Source: Selaginella moellendorffii
Lineage: Eukaryota; Plantae; Lycopodiophyta
Direction: 5' to 3'
Assembly: GCF_000143415.4 (NCBI RefSeq)
Contig: NW_003314335.1
Location: forward strand, 712,113-776,112
Length of the DNA: 64,000 bases
Part shown: piece by piece, positions 1 to 10,879 of the stretch
Layout of the letters: every line of letters starts with the position of its first letter
How positions within the stretch are numbered: the stretch's first letter is position 1
Translations under genes and position numbers: made by a program
The notes under the pieces: generated by a model
Told to the model about the DNA's origin: nothing
Seen by the model: only the letters and a program-made list of their open reading frames with translations
Database searches by the model: none

Positions 1-1452
1 GCACTGGCTCCCGTGGCGCGTTTAAGCGTTGAAAGCCAGGTAACTCGAGCTCGCGCTTCCATGAAGCTTCTTTTCGAGGTGCTTTGAACGTTTCTTTCCA
101 ATTTCCTAGGTCCTATACTACACTCCAGCAGCAGCGAGGTCCCAATGGAACGCAGATATCCGGTCGCACGTTATTGAATCAAAGGATCTCTCCTTTTTTG
201 TAAGCTCTCCGGTCTTTGGTTTTTTCCTAAAGTTGCTGCTCCTACAGGTGAACGCCAACGAATGGCATTTGGATACGTCTGCTGCCGCAGCTGGGCGGTC
301 GAAAGTTCTCCATTTTGCAATGTACGTGGCCTCGTATTCTCCTTTTGGCTACGGTCCGTTCGCTTTAACATTACAGATATGTGCCTCCCGTCGAGGAATG
401 CCCGTTGCGCATCAAGCTGTCAAGCGGCCGCATAACCTCCTCGGCCTCCATCGACGGTTTTACCTCTCCAGTCGGTAGTCGCCAACCTTTTTTTTTTTTT
501 TCTTCTTCCTGTTGCCTTCGCACAATCCAGCTGATGCCTTTAATGCCAGGGGTGGGGAGGTGTGGTCATCTGGAACCCGCCCGGGTGTCTGGTTGCTGAT
601 AATAGCACCTTGCGGCAGCGACTAAATGTGAACGTGCGCTGCCTGGAGGAATTTGATTATTGGAAAGGCTGATCTATCGCTTTGTTTTTTCTCCCAGGAC
701 TTGAAGACGACGATGGAGGTGGTTGTCGCTCAGCTCCGGACACTGTTTGGTCTGCCTCCGGTACCACCGCGCAGGAAAGCTCCAAAGCTGTCCATTCTTT
801 TCAACCAGAGAACAGGATTCGCAGAGTGGTACGGAGCGAGCAGTGTTCTATTTCCAGGAGGTGATGTAATGCTGTATTTGATGCAGGGAGCTGGATCTGC
901 TGCTGCGCAGGCGCGTCATAGCTGATGTAAACTCCACTGCTTCTACCCTGGCATCACTCCTAAAACTGGTATGATGATCTTCACTTCCTCGGAAGAGAAA
1001 AGCTCTTAATTGGGTTGCTGTACAGGTGGAATCGCTTCCAAAGATGGTTATTCAGCAAGAGATTGGTGTCCAGGTGACAACGTCGCTCGAGGCGGCTGAG
1101 AAAGCCATGGACGCTGGAAACGCTTCCTACGAAGTGATTGGCAGTAAGGCTATCGAAAAGTCTCTTACGTACTCAGCCGCGTCGTGTCTCTCGCAGATTT
1201 CTCGGCAACGGCAAAAGCCCGGGCTGAAGAGGCTTTTTTCCATCCATCGATCATGTCTCTCCTTCACTTCCCAAAGGAGCACCAGTTCGCGATATACACG
1301 GTACCTTCGAGAAAGACAAAAGAAACAATTCACCATAACTGAAAACTCTGCTCGTTCTTGTGCAGCCATTTTTCGTTCCAGTGCTGCTTCACACCGTTAT
1401 CTCCGTTGTCAAGGAGACAATGAGATACGCTCGAAAGTCGTCGAGGAAATAG
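1..1452 (+). CDS. PIGS: GPI transamidase component PIG-S, 3' part of a multi-exon gene (5' end lies outside the window)
   Basis: Spliced exons read LAPVARLSVESQ/VLYYTP, VNANEWHLDTSAAAAGRSKVLHFA, YVPPVEECPL, WGGVVIWNPPGC, GFAEW/ELDLLLR, AEEAFFHPSIMSLLHFPKEHQFAIYT/PFFVPVLLH, ending at TAG 1450-1452. Short GT-AG introns keep the frame where checked. Confidence 0.88.
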
Positions 1453-1664
1453 GTAAATGCTATATTCTACTTCGTACTCGCTCTTACTCGCGAAAACTCT
1501 CTTGGAATTACTAGGTGGTTTGATCCTACAATTCATGCGAGAACTTCAGCGTCCTTCCCTTGAACGAAACATTGAAACGTAGCTTCTATATTAGAATTAA
1601 CAGTCTCCTTGCGGTTTTCATTTCGCTAGAAAAACTATGGACAAGAAGAGTGATAAAGCTCAAG

Positions 1665-2714
1665 TTAATGAACAACCTGCCATGCTCGATCCACGCCTAG
1701 GTGCTGTAACTTCTTTGCAATAAAATCCTCCTCTTCTTCCTCCTCCTCGCCTCGCCTTCTCTTCAATCCATGGTGTGGCTGCTCGAAAACCATTCTCTTC
1801 GAGTGCTGTTCTTCCTCCAGACTGCGATTATCTGGAACTTGCGACCCGGAATGCTTGACGACCCATGGATGGTTCTCAACTTCATGGATAGGCAGCCTCC
1901 TTCTTGGGTCCAAGTGGAGCAACTGGAGAATGAGATCCCTGGCTCCATCGCTCACGTCCGTCCAGTCCAAAGAACTCACCGCCAAATCCTCCCAATGACT
2001 CAACCTCCTTGGCACATCCCTCGATCTCACTCCTTCGAACGCAAGCTTCCCGGACAAGATCTCATACAAAACAATGCCCACGCCCCACACGTCCACTCTC
2101 TCGTCGTACTCATGAATGGAAGCCACCACTTCTGGAGCAACATATCTGTCTGTCCCGACCTGGCCTCTCATTCTCATGTCCGTCCCCTTGCTCACCCAAG
2201 AGGTCCCAAAGTCCGCCAGCTTTATGTTGTCAAACAAGCTCTCCCCAAAACCCAAGAGGATGTTCCCCACCTTGATGTCCCTGTGAACCACGCCCAAGTC
2301 GTGCATCCTACTCACGGTCCTGGCCACGCTCTCGATCACCATCGCTGCTTCGTGCTCGCTCAACCTCGTCCTGTCCTGCAGCAGGTCTTTCAACGAGCAC
2401 TCGCACAGTTCCATGATGATGTGGTAGTAATCGTCGTCCCTGAAAACGTCCACCAGTTGAACCACACCACTCTCGCCCTTGCCTTTGGAGAGCGCCCGGA
2501 TCTCCATTTCGGCTTCCTCTAGCAGGCCTCCATCCGGGAAGTCATCAGGGTTGAGATCTTCAAGCTCGTCCTCTTTATACTCTGTGACCCTGATCGATTT
2601 GCAAGCAAAAGGCTGACCGTCACACTTGCGCACTACTTTGTAGACGATTGCCTGGCCGCCATGATCCAGCTCCTCTTCCACCGAGAACAAGGCTCTCATG
2701 CGCTCCATCTCCAT
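1665..2714 (-). CDS. Intronless Ser/Thr protein kinase, CAMK/CDPK-related, without EF hands
   Basis: FACKSI (catalytic Lys), HRDIKVGN, DFG, GTDRYVAPE, DVWGVG, HPW. Likely start is MEMERMR at 2714. Confidence 0.9.
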   Translation of the reverse strand: MEMERMRALFSVEEELDHGGQAIVYKVVRKCDGQPFACKSIRVTEYKEDELEDLNPDDFPDGGLLEEAEMEIRALSKGKGESGVVQLVDVFRDDDYYHIIMELCECSLKDLLQDRTRLSEHEAAMVIESVARTVSRMHDLGVVHRDIKVGNILLGFGESLFDNIKLADFGTSWVSKGTDMRMRGQVGTDRYVAPEVVASIHEYDERVDVWGVGIVLYEILSGKLAFEGVRSRDVPRRLSHWEDLAVSSLDWTDVSDGARDLILQLLHLDPRRRLPIHEVENHPWVVKHSGSQVPDNRSLEEEQHSKRMVFEQPHHGLKRRRGEEEEEEEDFIAKKLQHLGVDRAWQVVH

Positions 2715-2944
2715 CGCTATGGTACCAAAGTGCGCGCTAAACCCAGATCCCACAAAGGGTGTTGATAGCAAGAAAAAAAAAGTGTAGGTTTCCTTAAACA
2801 CAGGTGTATTTATATAACAGGGAAAAGGCGAATAAAGAATATTATCATCTACCATTTTCTAACAAATAAATCTTAGGGGATGGTCAACTTTAACCAAACT
2901 TTTAATTCGTTTTTGCCTCCCATGGATGCTTCTCAGCATGCAAA

Positions 2945-5260
2945 CTAGCTTATTGCCACAGCTATGGGACTTCGCACGCTGTGTTTTCCATCGTCCCAAG
3001 TGAGCGACGAGAAAGCCCATGGATTCGAAGCAATGGGCTCTTTTGAAGAACTCAGGGAGATCGTGACGTTGAAGGAGAGCTTCTCCCCCTGGTTCAAGAA
3101 CTTGAGCTCCTGCGGCGAGACGGTGATGCTGAGCCGCAAATCGCTGGGAGCCTCCACTCGTGCCTTGTAGATTGAGCTCGCATCGCCAACGTTTGTCACT
3201 GTTCGCGGGATCGTCGCACTCTTGACAACGCTGATGTTGAATCCGATGGAGGGATAGTTGAGGCTGGCGGGAGTGCTCGTGCCGTCGGGGCAGGAGGTAG
3301 CGGTGTCTCCTGTGATGTTTTGGACTTGCTTGGAGGAGTAGCCGATGCTGCAAAGGTAGAGGATGTAGTCCAAGATAGCCGTCTCGTAGACCAATCCCGG
3401 ATCGATGGCTTTCATCGGCTGGATCACTCCGGCACCAATGCTGAAGGAGTCTCCTGGCGATCCGTCGCTCTCTGTGATGGGCTTGCCAGTGTTGTCGAGA
3501 TACCTCGCTGCGAAGTATGAGAGATAGCATTCGTTCCTATTTGCAGTTTCTTACCTGTTGTCATGATCGCGGACTTGATCGCCGCCGGACTCCAGCTTGG
3601 ATGAATCGACTTGACGAAAGCAGCCGTACCGGTTGCGTGAGGACAGGCAAAGGAAGTTCCCGATGCGATAGCAAAGTTGGTACGCACAAACGTCCCATTT
3701 GGATCCATTGCTACGCTTCCACTGCTCCATGCTGCCAAGATGCTCACGCCTGGAGCACTCACGTCCGGCTGAGAAAGTGTTCTTCAAGACCAAAAAAAAG
3801 AAGACAAAGAAAAAATACCTTTATAATGTCGGGACTGATAATGTTCGGTCCTCTTGAAGAGAAGTCTCCAGCCACCGGTGCAGGCTTTATAGGAAACCGT
3901 GTCGAGTTTCTGGGAAAACAAAGTATCAGTCGCGTAACCAACGTAGAAATATAGACTCACGGCGTGATCTCTCGATCGATGGAGCTGGCACCAACAGTAA
4001 GTATCCAAGGAGCTATGTTGGTCACTGTTCCTTTGATCGGCCCAGAGTTTCCACAAGCACACGAGACTAAGATGCCTTTCTCCAATGCATGGAAGGCACC
4101 AATCGCGATAATGTCGACGTTATATGGCAGAGGTACGTCGCCAAGCGAGAGCGATATCACGTCCACTCCATCGTGAATTGCGTCGTCTAGAGCCGCTACA
4201 ATGTCGATGTCGTAGCACTGGAAAGTCCAGCACACCTTGTACGCAGAGATCCTGGCACTGCGAAGACCACCTCTAGCAATTCCTGAAGCTAGTCCTTCCA
4301 TGCTCGCGTTGGCCACTGCCATACCAGCCCCAATGGAAGCTGTGCCCGTTCCATGGCCATCAAAGTCTCTAGGATTGCTGTATGCCACCGAAGCGTTTGG
4401 GGACAGGCCGGCTCTGTAGTATTTCGCACCTATGAGTTTCCTGGCGATACAATACACACAAAGTTCAGGAAAAGAAAGCGATGGAGTGGAGCGCGCGCAA
4501 AATGCCTCGTACCTGTTACAGTGTACTACTACTGAAGCGTTCGTTTTCGGATCATTGACGCAAGACCCCTTCCATTTCGCCGGAACTGGTTTCATTCCAT
4601 CGTCACGGAAGCTTTTGGATTCAGGCCATATACCTGTGCACTGTGTAAGAGTGTGATCCAGCAAATTTCCTCATACCTGTGTCAAGGACTCCAATTATTA
4701 CATCACTGGAGTCCTCATCCAGAATTCTATGCTTGGACAACAGACTTGCTGCTTTTGACTCTGCGTCAATCGGAAGGCCCAAGAAATCCCACGAGCGAGT
4801 TGTAAAGAGCCGACGAACTCTGTTGGGATGAACACTGAGAACTTCCGGCATTCCTACAGAACAGGAAAGAAACTGTTATGTAAGAGAGTACTAATGTTGC
4901 CGGCACGTACTGGATAGCTTATCAGCTTGTTCTTTTGTAAGTCTGGCAGAGAATCCGCTAAATACATACTTGTAACTATAGATCATCGCTGCTGAGGCCA
5001 CCTCCATGCTAGAGACCAGAAAAGTAAAAAATCTTGGATCAGACTGCTACTATCAAACCTTCCGGTTGCTTTCACGAGAAGATCATAGTGAGTTGTGGTC
5101 AGTGTGTCGGCAGATATCCCCTTTTTACCTCCAAGGTACACAATATACGGCTGCAAGACGGTTAATAATCAAAAGAAAGTAACAAGAAGCAAACCTTCAA
5201 CGAGCTGGAAACATCTCCTTTGCAGTAACACACAAAGAACACAAATAAGAAGAGCCGCAT
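2945..5260 (-). CDS. Subtilisin-like serine protease (S8) with signal peptide, I9 prodomain and Fn3-like C-terminus; PA domain apparently absent
   Basis: [13 protein letters not shown] signal peptide; [21 protein letters not shown] prodomain; TTRSWDFLG; [24 protein letters not shown]; SLNYPSI, RTVTNVG, VRSPI. Confidence 0.9.
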
Positions 5261-5429
5261 TTTCGACTTTGTTCCACAAGCCCTCGAAGCAAGTGTATCG
5301 ATTTGAATAAATCGACATCGACGGCGCGTCCTCACTGCAAGCAACAAAACTGAACTGTAGTATAGAGGATGCTCCCACAATATCCAAAAGCCTTGCACCA
5401 AATAAACAGTGTTAATGTTTCATAAAAGG

Positions 5430-6090
5430 TACCTTAGACGACAGGAGGGATAAGCTGTTGCGACGTCTCACCGACGTTGAAGGATGGGAATGAAAATACC
5501 AAGCACCTAGAAAACCAGCAGCGTCGTGAAAGAGCTCCACGGAACGAACGTACCGGGATCAGTAAGAATCTCACCCATCAAGCAGTGCCTAGGAGGATCC
5601 AAGAGATTAAACGTCGAAGCCAAGTTTCCAAGCCCACGTCCGACCACGAAAAAGTCGAAACCATGGAGGTGCATGGGGTGAGAAAGGCTGGTCCCTTGAA
5701 GAATAACCTGCATCCTCGTTCTATACTACCCCGGACAGCGTTGAGACTGGCAGGAGGAGTGTAGTCGAAAACAGGAGTCGGGTGGACGTAGCTTATGTTC
5801 ATGGATGCTCCGGCCTGGCCCTCAGACCACTGTCAGCTTTCCTCTGGTGCGTCCGGAGGACAGCAGAGGACGTTCGTTATCACCACCTCATTTCTCGATT
5901 TCCGTAGAAACTTCTCCCGAGGCCACTTTGTCCTCAAACTCTGTCGCAAAAGCTACCTCGAAGTGGCCAGGAAGATCTGGTAAACTTGTCGGAACGTCCG
6001 ACGAGGCACCAACTTCGAGTATTGTGGAAGTTCTCGTGGTGTTGATCGATACAAGCGGAGCCGCACTATATACTCAGCGGTGATCAGCGC
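5430..6090 (-). pseudogene. Laccase (multicopper oxidase) remnant
   Basis: [20 protein letters not shown]...FNLLDPP and MNISY...VFDYT fragments lie in shifted frames. Confidence 0.8.
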
Positions 6091-6179
6091 TCTGGCCTGT
6101 TGCGATTGGTGTTGAGAGCTTCGACATACGAGGCATCGATCTCGATCACTTGAAGCGTATGATTTGCTATACCAAAGAT

Positions 6180-6300
6180 CATGGCGGCGTGTACCAAGCT
6201 TACCGAGAAGGACACCGAAGAGATCCACGGCGGGCTCGTCAAAGTGCAGTGCCTTGGCGGCCTTGCACTCGAAAGCTACACCGATATGTTTTCGTGCAGC
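6180..6300 (+). pseudogene. Small PPR-gene remnant
   Basis: Matches the ACTKDTGQEIHDRLVKV..G segments of the PPR remnants at 21.7 kb and 26.3 kb. Confidence 0.5.
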
Positions 6301-6983
6301 ACGATGTCGTGTCCTGGATAGCAGCCACGAGAGGCAAGCCAAGGGGCTCACCTTTGAGCCTACATTGCGGTCGAACCCCACCGTGGGGCGCCTGGCGTTC
6401 GATGCGCTGCTGTGACGAGGATAAGGCGCTGCTGCTTATGATCAACATCTATGCCGCTGCGAGGGAAACAAGAACCCTAAAAAGCGGGAAGGAACTCGGT
6501 TGCAGCATTTGCCCGGAATGCGTAAGTCTGGAAGTTAGCTACGACTTCTCAATGCAAGTGATCACGTTCCTTGACCACTTGACTCTACGGTGCCCAGCGC
6601 AGGAGTCTTCTCAGCATAGCAACACGACTGATGTTTTCTAAAAAAACTGGATTCCTAAGAATAAAAATGGATGTTAGAATTCCCAAAGATTCTGATAGTG
6701 AAATTTTATTCAGGGGTTTATTTATTTCGTAATATACCAAAGTATTTGAGCATGGGTAAAATATCTTAAAATATCTAAACATATTTTAGTAAATAAAAAA
6801 CTAGCCAGATTAGTGTGATTTAAGTTTATTTTGACAAAAAAATTAAAATAAATTTTTATGTACTGAACTCGAATTTGCGGGCAGATTCACAGCTCAGGTG
6901 CATCTTGTGCCCAATAAGAAATATTAAACTTACATTTAAATCAAATAAAATACCGCTATAACTTTATTATTTAGAAAATCAAT

Positions 6984-7021
6984 TTCCGTTGCCGGGAATT
7001 GAACCCGGGTCTTTCGGGTGA
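6984..7021 (-). pseudogene. 3' half of tRNA-Glu (truncated)
   Basis: Reverse complement is TCACCCGAAAGACCCGGGTTCAATTCCCGGCAACGGAA: 3' side of the anticodon arm, T-arm and acceptor strand of plant tRNA-Glu. The 5' half is missing. Confidence 0.7.
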
Positions 7022-7212
7022 TATTTCATTGTAACAATAATATTTGATAATTATATTTACTTTATTAAGTTATATTATTTTGAGTATATTATAAATAATT
7101 TGCAGATAAATTAATAAATTATAGGTGTTTTGGGATCATCAAATATAATATTCTTGTTCTTGCCAGCACAATAACTTTCACAATCTGGGGTTCTTAGTTC
7201 TTACACTCCTAA

Positions 7213-7917
7213 TTACATACTTTTAGCTTTTTTAATATCATAAATGTGGCGATTGAGCTCTTTTAATATCATAAACGTTCCTACTATGTTGGCGATGATC
7301 CAGCTAAGAGTCGATGATTCCAATCCAGTTATGATGCTGGTGATGACAGGAAGAAGACTTGTTAATCCCAATCTAGCTATGATGCTGATGATAACATGAA
7401 GAAGAATCCATGATCCCAATTCAGTTATAACGCTGGTGATGGTGCTAGTGGTGGTCCTAGTCCCTGTGCTATTCTTTGCCCCTGTGCTATTCTTTGTCCC
7501 CGTCCCCTGTGGTGGTGGTGGTGAGGATGGTGGCAGTGGTAGTGACAGTGGTGGTGGTCGTGGTGAGGACGGTGGCAGTGGTGGCAATTGTGTCTCCTCA
7601 CCCAGCATGCTCTTGCCTCTACCACTGTCGCCTCCGCTGCTGTCGACGCCACCACCGCTGGTCTGGGAGTTCATGGCGGAGTTGGTCTCGCTGGTCCGGG
7701 AGTCTATGGGTGAGGAGATGTGCCCACGATCGTCGTCCATGGGTCCCATGGATGAGGAGCCATCCAGAGGAGGCGGCGGCATCGGCGGCAATTGCTTCAA
7801 TAGCTCTTGGAGCCGCTCCTCTACCACTGTCACTCGCTGCTCCACCACTGCCAATTGCTGCTCAAGGAGCGCCACTCGGTGGTAAATGATATCATCACTA
7901 GGAAACAAAAGCACCAT
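7213..7917 (-). CDS. Hypothetical protein: short coiled coil, Pro/Ser-rich linker, C-terminal 16-aa amphipathic repeats
   Basis: 234-aa ORF with no family recognised. An upstream exon is possible. Confidence 0.4.
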   Translation of the reverse strand: MVLLFPSDDIIYHRVALLEQQLAVVEQRVTVVEERLQELLKQLPPMPPPPLDGSSSMGPMDDDRGHISSPIDSRTSETNSAMNSQTSGGGVDSSGGDSGRGKSMLGEETQLPPLPPSSPRPPPLSLPLPPSSPPPPQGTGTKNSTGAKNSTGTRTTTSTITSVITELGSWILLHVIISIIARLGLTSLLPVITSIITGLESSTLSWIIANIVGTFMILKELNRHIYDIKKAKSM

Positions 7918-8159
7918 CGATCAATCCACCCAAACCCTTCCCAAAAGCCCTACAAGAATAGTATTTTATCTTGGTTCAATCCTTTTTACCAAAAAGGACG
8001 TTTTGTATCCTTTTTGGCCAAAAAGGATACAAAACGTCCATACCTTTGCTGGTCCATCAAACCGTGGAAAGAGGAGTGTCAACTTCCATCGACGGTCACA
8101 GACGCAGTGGCCGGAGTATACAACTCCGAGGGTGGCAGCGCTTGGATGAGCGTCGCCAG

Positions 8160-8311
8160 GACGCTCGAGGGGTGGGCTCGGACGTGACGGGGGGATACCA
8201 GTTGGGATCATCGCGGTGGAGACGCAGACGGCCATGCAAGTGATCCCCACGGACCCCGGACAGGTCGACTCGCAGGAGAGAGTGGTGCCGCAAGCCGGAC
8301 AGGTGTGGTTC
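8160..8311 (+). pseudogene. ACC1: Fragment of cytosolic acetyl-CoA carboxylase (carboxyltransferase domain)
   Basis: TLEGWART followed, after a deletion, by GIPVGIIAVETQTAMQVIPTDPGQVDSQERVVPQAGQVWF. Confidence 0.85.
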
Positions 8312-8699
8312 CAAGAGGTGCTACCGTAGTCACCGGGACGCACTTGAGGCTGTGGTTCCTGACGTGGAGCAGCAGCGGGATGGTTGGGCCGACGACTCCA
8401 GCACCTGAGAGTGCAGAGAGTTTCGAGGCAGATGCTCAGAGCTGTGCAGCTCTGATCTCCTCTTCGTGCTTGCTCGTGTCAGATGGATCCTGGAGCACTC
8501 AAGGAGCAAATCAAAGCAGCACTACTGTAAAACCTACTGCTGTTGTCATTCCTTTTCCAAGGCACGGAGGAGCTCAGCAAGGATCCCACCTCACCTACGT
8601 GAAATTGTTTGGTTCACATTCAAATAAAAGAAAAAATAACTTCACCTCAGTTCTCAAGCCCAAGCAGCGCGTCCCTTATCAGAGCTTTGTTCCGCGCTC

Positions 8700-10790
8700 T
8701 TGCTCTTAGTTGGGGCCGAGCACAGGTAATGGAGAAGGTAGTCGTTTTTGGAGGCGGTTGTTGCTGCAAGATAGGGACTTGAGAGCGGGCATGAGCTCCC
8801 TGTTCTTCGACTGGATTGTTCTGCCAATGCAAAGCTCCTGTAACAAAGCTAACTTAGTACATGTTTCCTTCTAACTGGATTCATACCAGTAAGAACTCCA
8901 AATGAGGTGTCTTCTCCAGGTACTGCACAAGTGGATCTCCAAGGTACGAAAGTGAAACGTTGCAGACAACACCACTGATCGCAGAGACGTCTACGGCCTC
9001 CACGCATCTCTGAATCAGCAGCGCCTCGTTCAACCGGAGTGCCAGCATCAGTGCTCGTGAATAACGCTTGCTTTCCAGCGCATCATTGATTGCCTACAGA
9101 AATGGCAACAAAAGCTTCACATCCAGTGAGCCCGTAAAGACCAATCGTACCTCCGGTGTGACATCCACATCGAGATCGGTGGGATAAAAAACAAGGTTGT
9201 CCATTGAGTAGGCCTTCCGTTGTTGCAGCTGCCCAAGTCCTGCCAGTTGGAGATATCCTGAGGCACTTGGTGTGTATAATTGGCCTCGCAGTGTTGGTCT
9301 GTGCCCCTGGTAGTTCCTGCGTCAGATCTATAGTCAACTTGGACCATCGACACCGGCCTGTCATAGTCATCGATCAGATCTTGAGGACCTGCTGCAGTCA
9401 TTCTCTTCGAGCCAGAACACCATCCAACGAATAGTTGTGAGATATCTGAAACCTTCGTAGCAAAACGTGCACAGACGATATGTCGTAAGCATGAAAGCCA
9501 AGCGAGCTTGTGCGTGATAAATACCTGGTCCGCGACGTCGTACATGCAAATGTGCTTGCTGGTTCCTCCAGCAAGCAGTAGGCTGCCGTCGGCTGAGTAA
9601 GACATGGTCGTAAAGCATTTGCCCGAGCTCGAGTTAGCGGCCGTTCTTCTGTCACTCATCAATCTCACTCCAGCAACGTCACGCCTGCCTTGTATCGTGC
9701 CCATTAGCACTCTGTTAATGGGGTCCCAGAAGTGGATCTGACCATCAAGTGTTGAGCAGGCCAGTTACTTTCCGTCCGGACGGTAAACCACGGTGAGCAG
9801 GTCATGTGTATGAGTGAAGGTTTCAACGAGGAAGCCAAGAACTCCTGTCAAGACGTGTTAGAAAGTGGAAAAGATTGTCGCGTAGGAGTACGCACGTCTG
9901 TAGGAGACAAGGCCAAACCATGAACCGGTCCCTCATGACCACCGAAGACATCCACTAGCCGCGCTGTTTTCATAGACCAAACGTATATCTAGCACGAACA
10001 GTAAAGCTTGAAATGAATCGAGAAAAAGGAAATCGAGTAGACAGCGACAAGATACCTGGAATGTGTGTTCCAGCACAGATGATCTCTCCACTTTTGTCTG
10101 CAGCCAATGACACAAACTGCGTGGGTGGTGAAGGTCCGGAAGTTCCGATAGCACATCAGCTCCCATGCACGTACAGTACCATCGAGAGATGCACGGCATT
10201 ACTTTGGCCAAGAACAACGCTGCAGTCACTGCATTTGTGTGCTCGGCAAAAGTGACGAAACAGAATCCAGACGCAGCATTCCACAACTGCAACACACGAG
10301 AAAGGCATAAGCGACGGCGCAAGAAGAGAGTGATATCTTCTCTTTGGAGATCGATAGCAGCTGTATGCACGTAAAGTCGGGCATTTGGTAGATGCAACCA
10401 CGATGTTCCTTCCATGCTGGTGGAACAAGTGCTTCTTCACGAGCTGCCACTGCCCTTTATCCGGACGTAGAACTGGTAGCTTTCTCTTCTCCGTTTGCTG
10501 GCCATCGGATTCTTCCTGATTGGTAAGTGTGTGAAAACCGAGGAATCAAGTCATCCAAGCAAATACCTTACGAAGCTATGTCTTCCTCGACTTTCCTTGA
10601 TCGCCACCACCATCGAGCGCGGGAGCTGGAAGCTCTTGAGCCACACCCAGTGACACAGCATCCTTGGAGAAACTATTAAGCGCAGATCCCGCCCCCGGTG
10701 CTCTCACGCCATTGACAACGTTGCGGTGCGCAGAGAGCACGACTGGCCTGTATCCCTCTGCATTGCTCTGGAGCCTGAAAATCCTCGGCG
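8700..10790 (-). pseudogene. PWP2: Periodic tryptophan protein 2 (PWP2/UTP1 WD40) pseudogene retaining introns
   Basis: WNAASGFCFVTFAEHTNAVTA, GTIQGRRDVAG..LMSDRRTAANSSSGKCFTT, SPTGRTWAAATTEGLL; multiple frameshifts and deletions. Confidence 0.82.
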
Positions 10791-10879
10791 CGCGACAGCA
10801 CTCGCGCTCCGGTATAAAACGGATGATGTAATCTTATATTAGACTAATCTAAACTTCCAGTTTGACGACCAAGGTTCTG

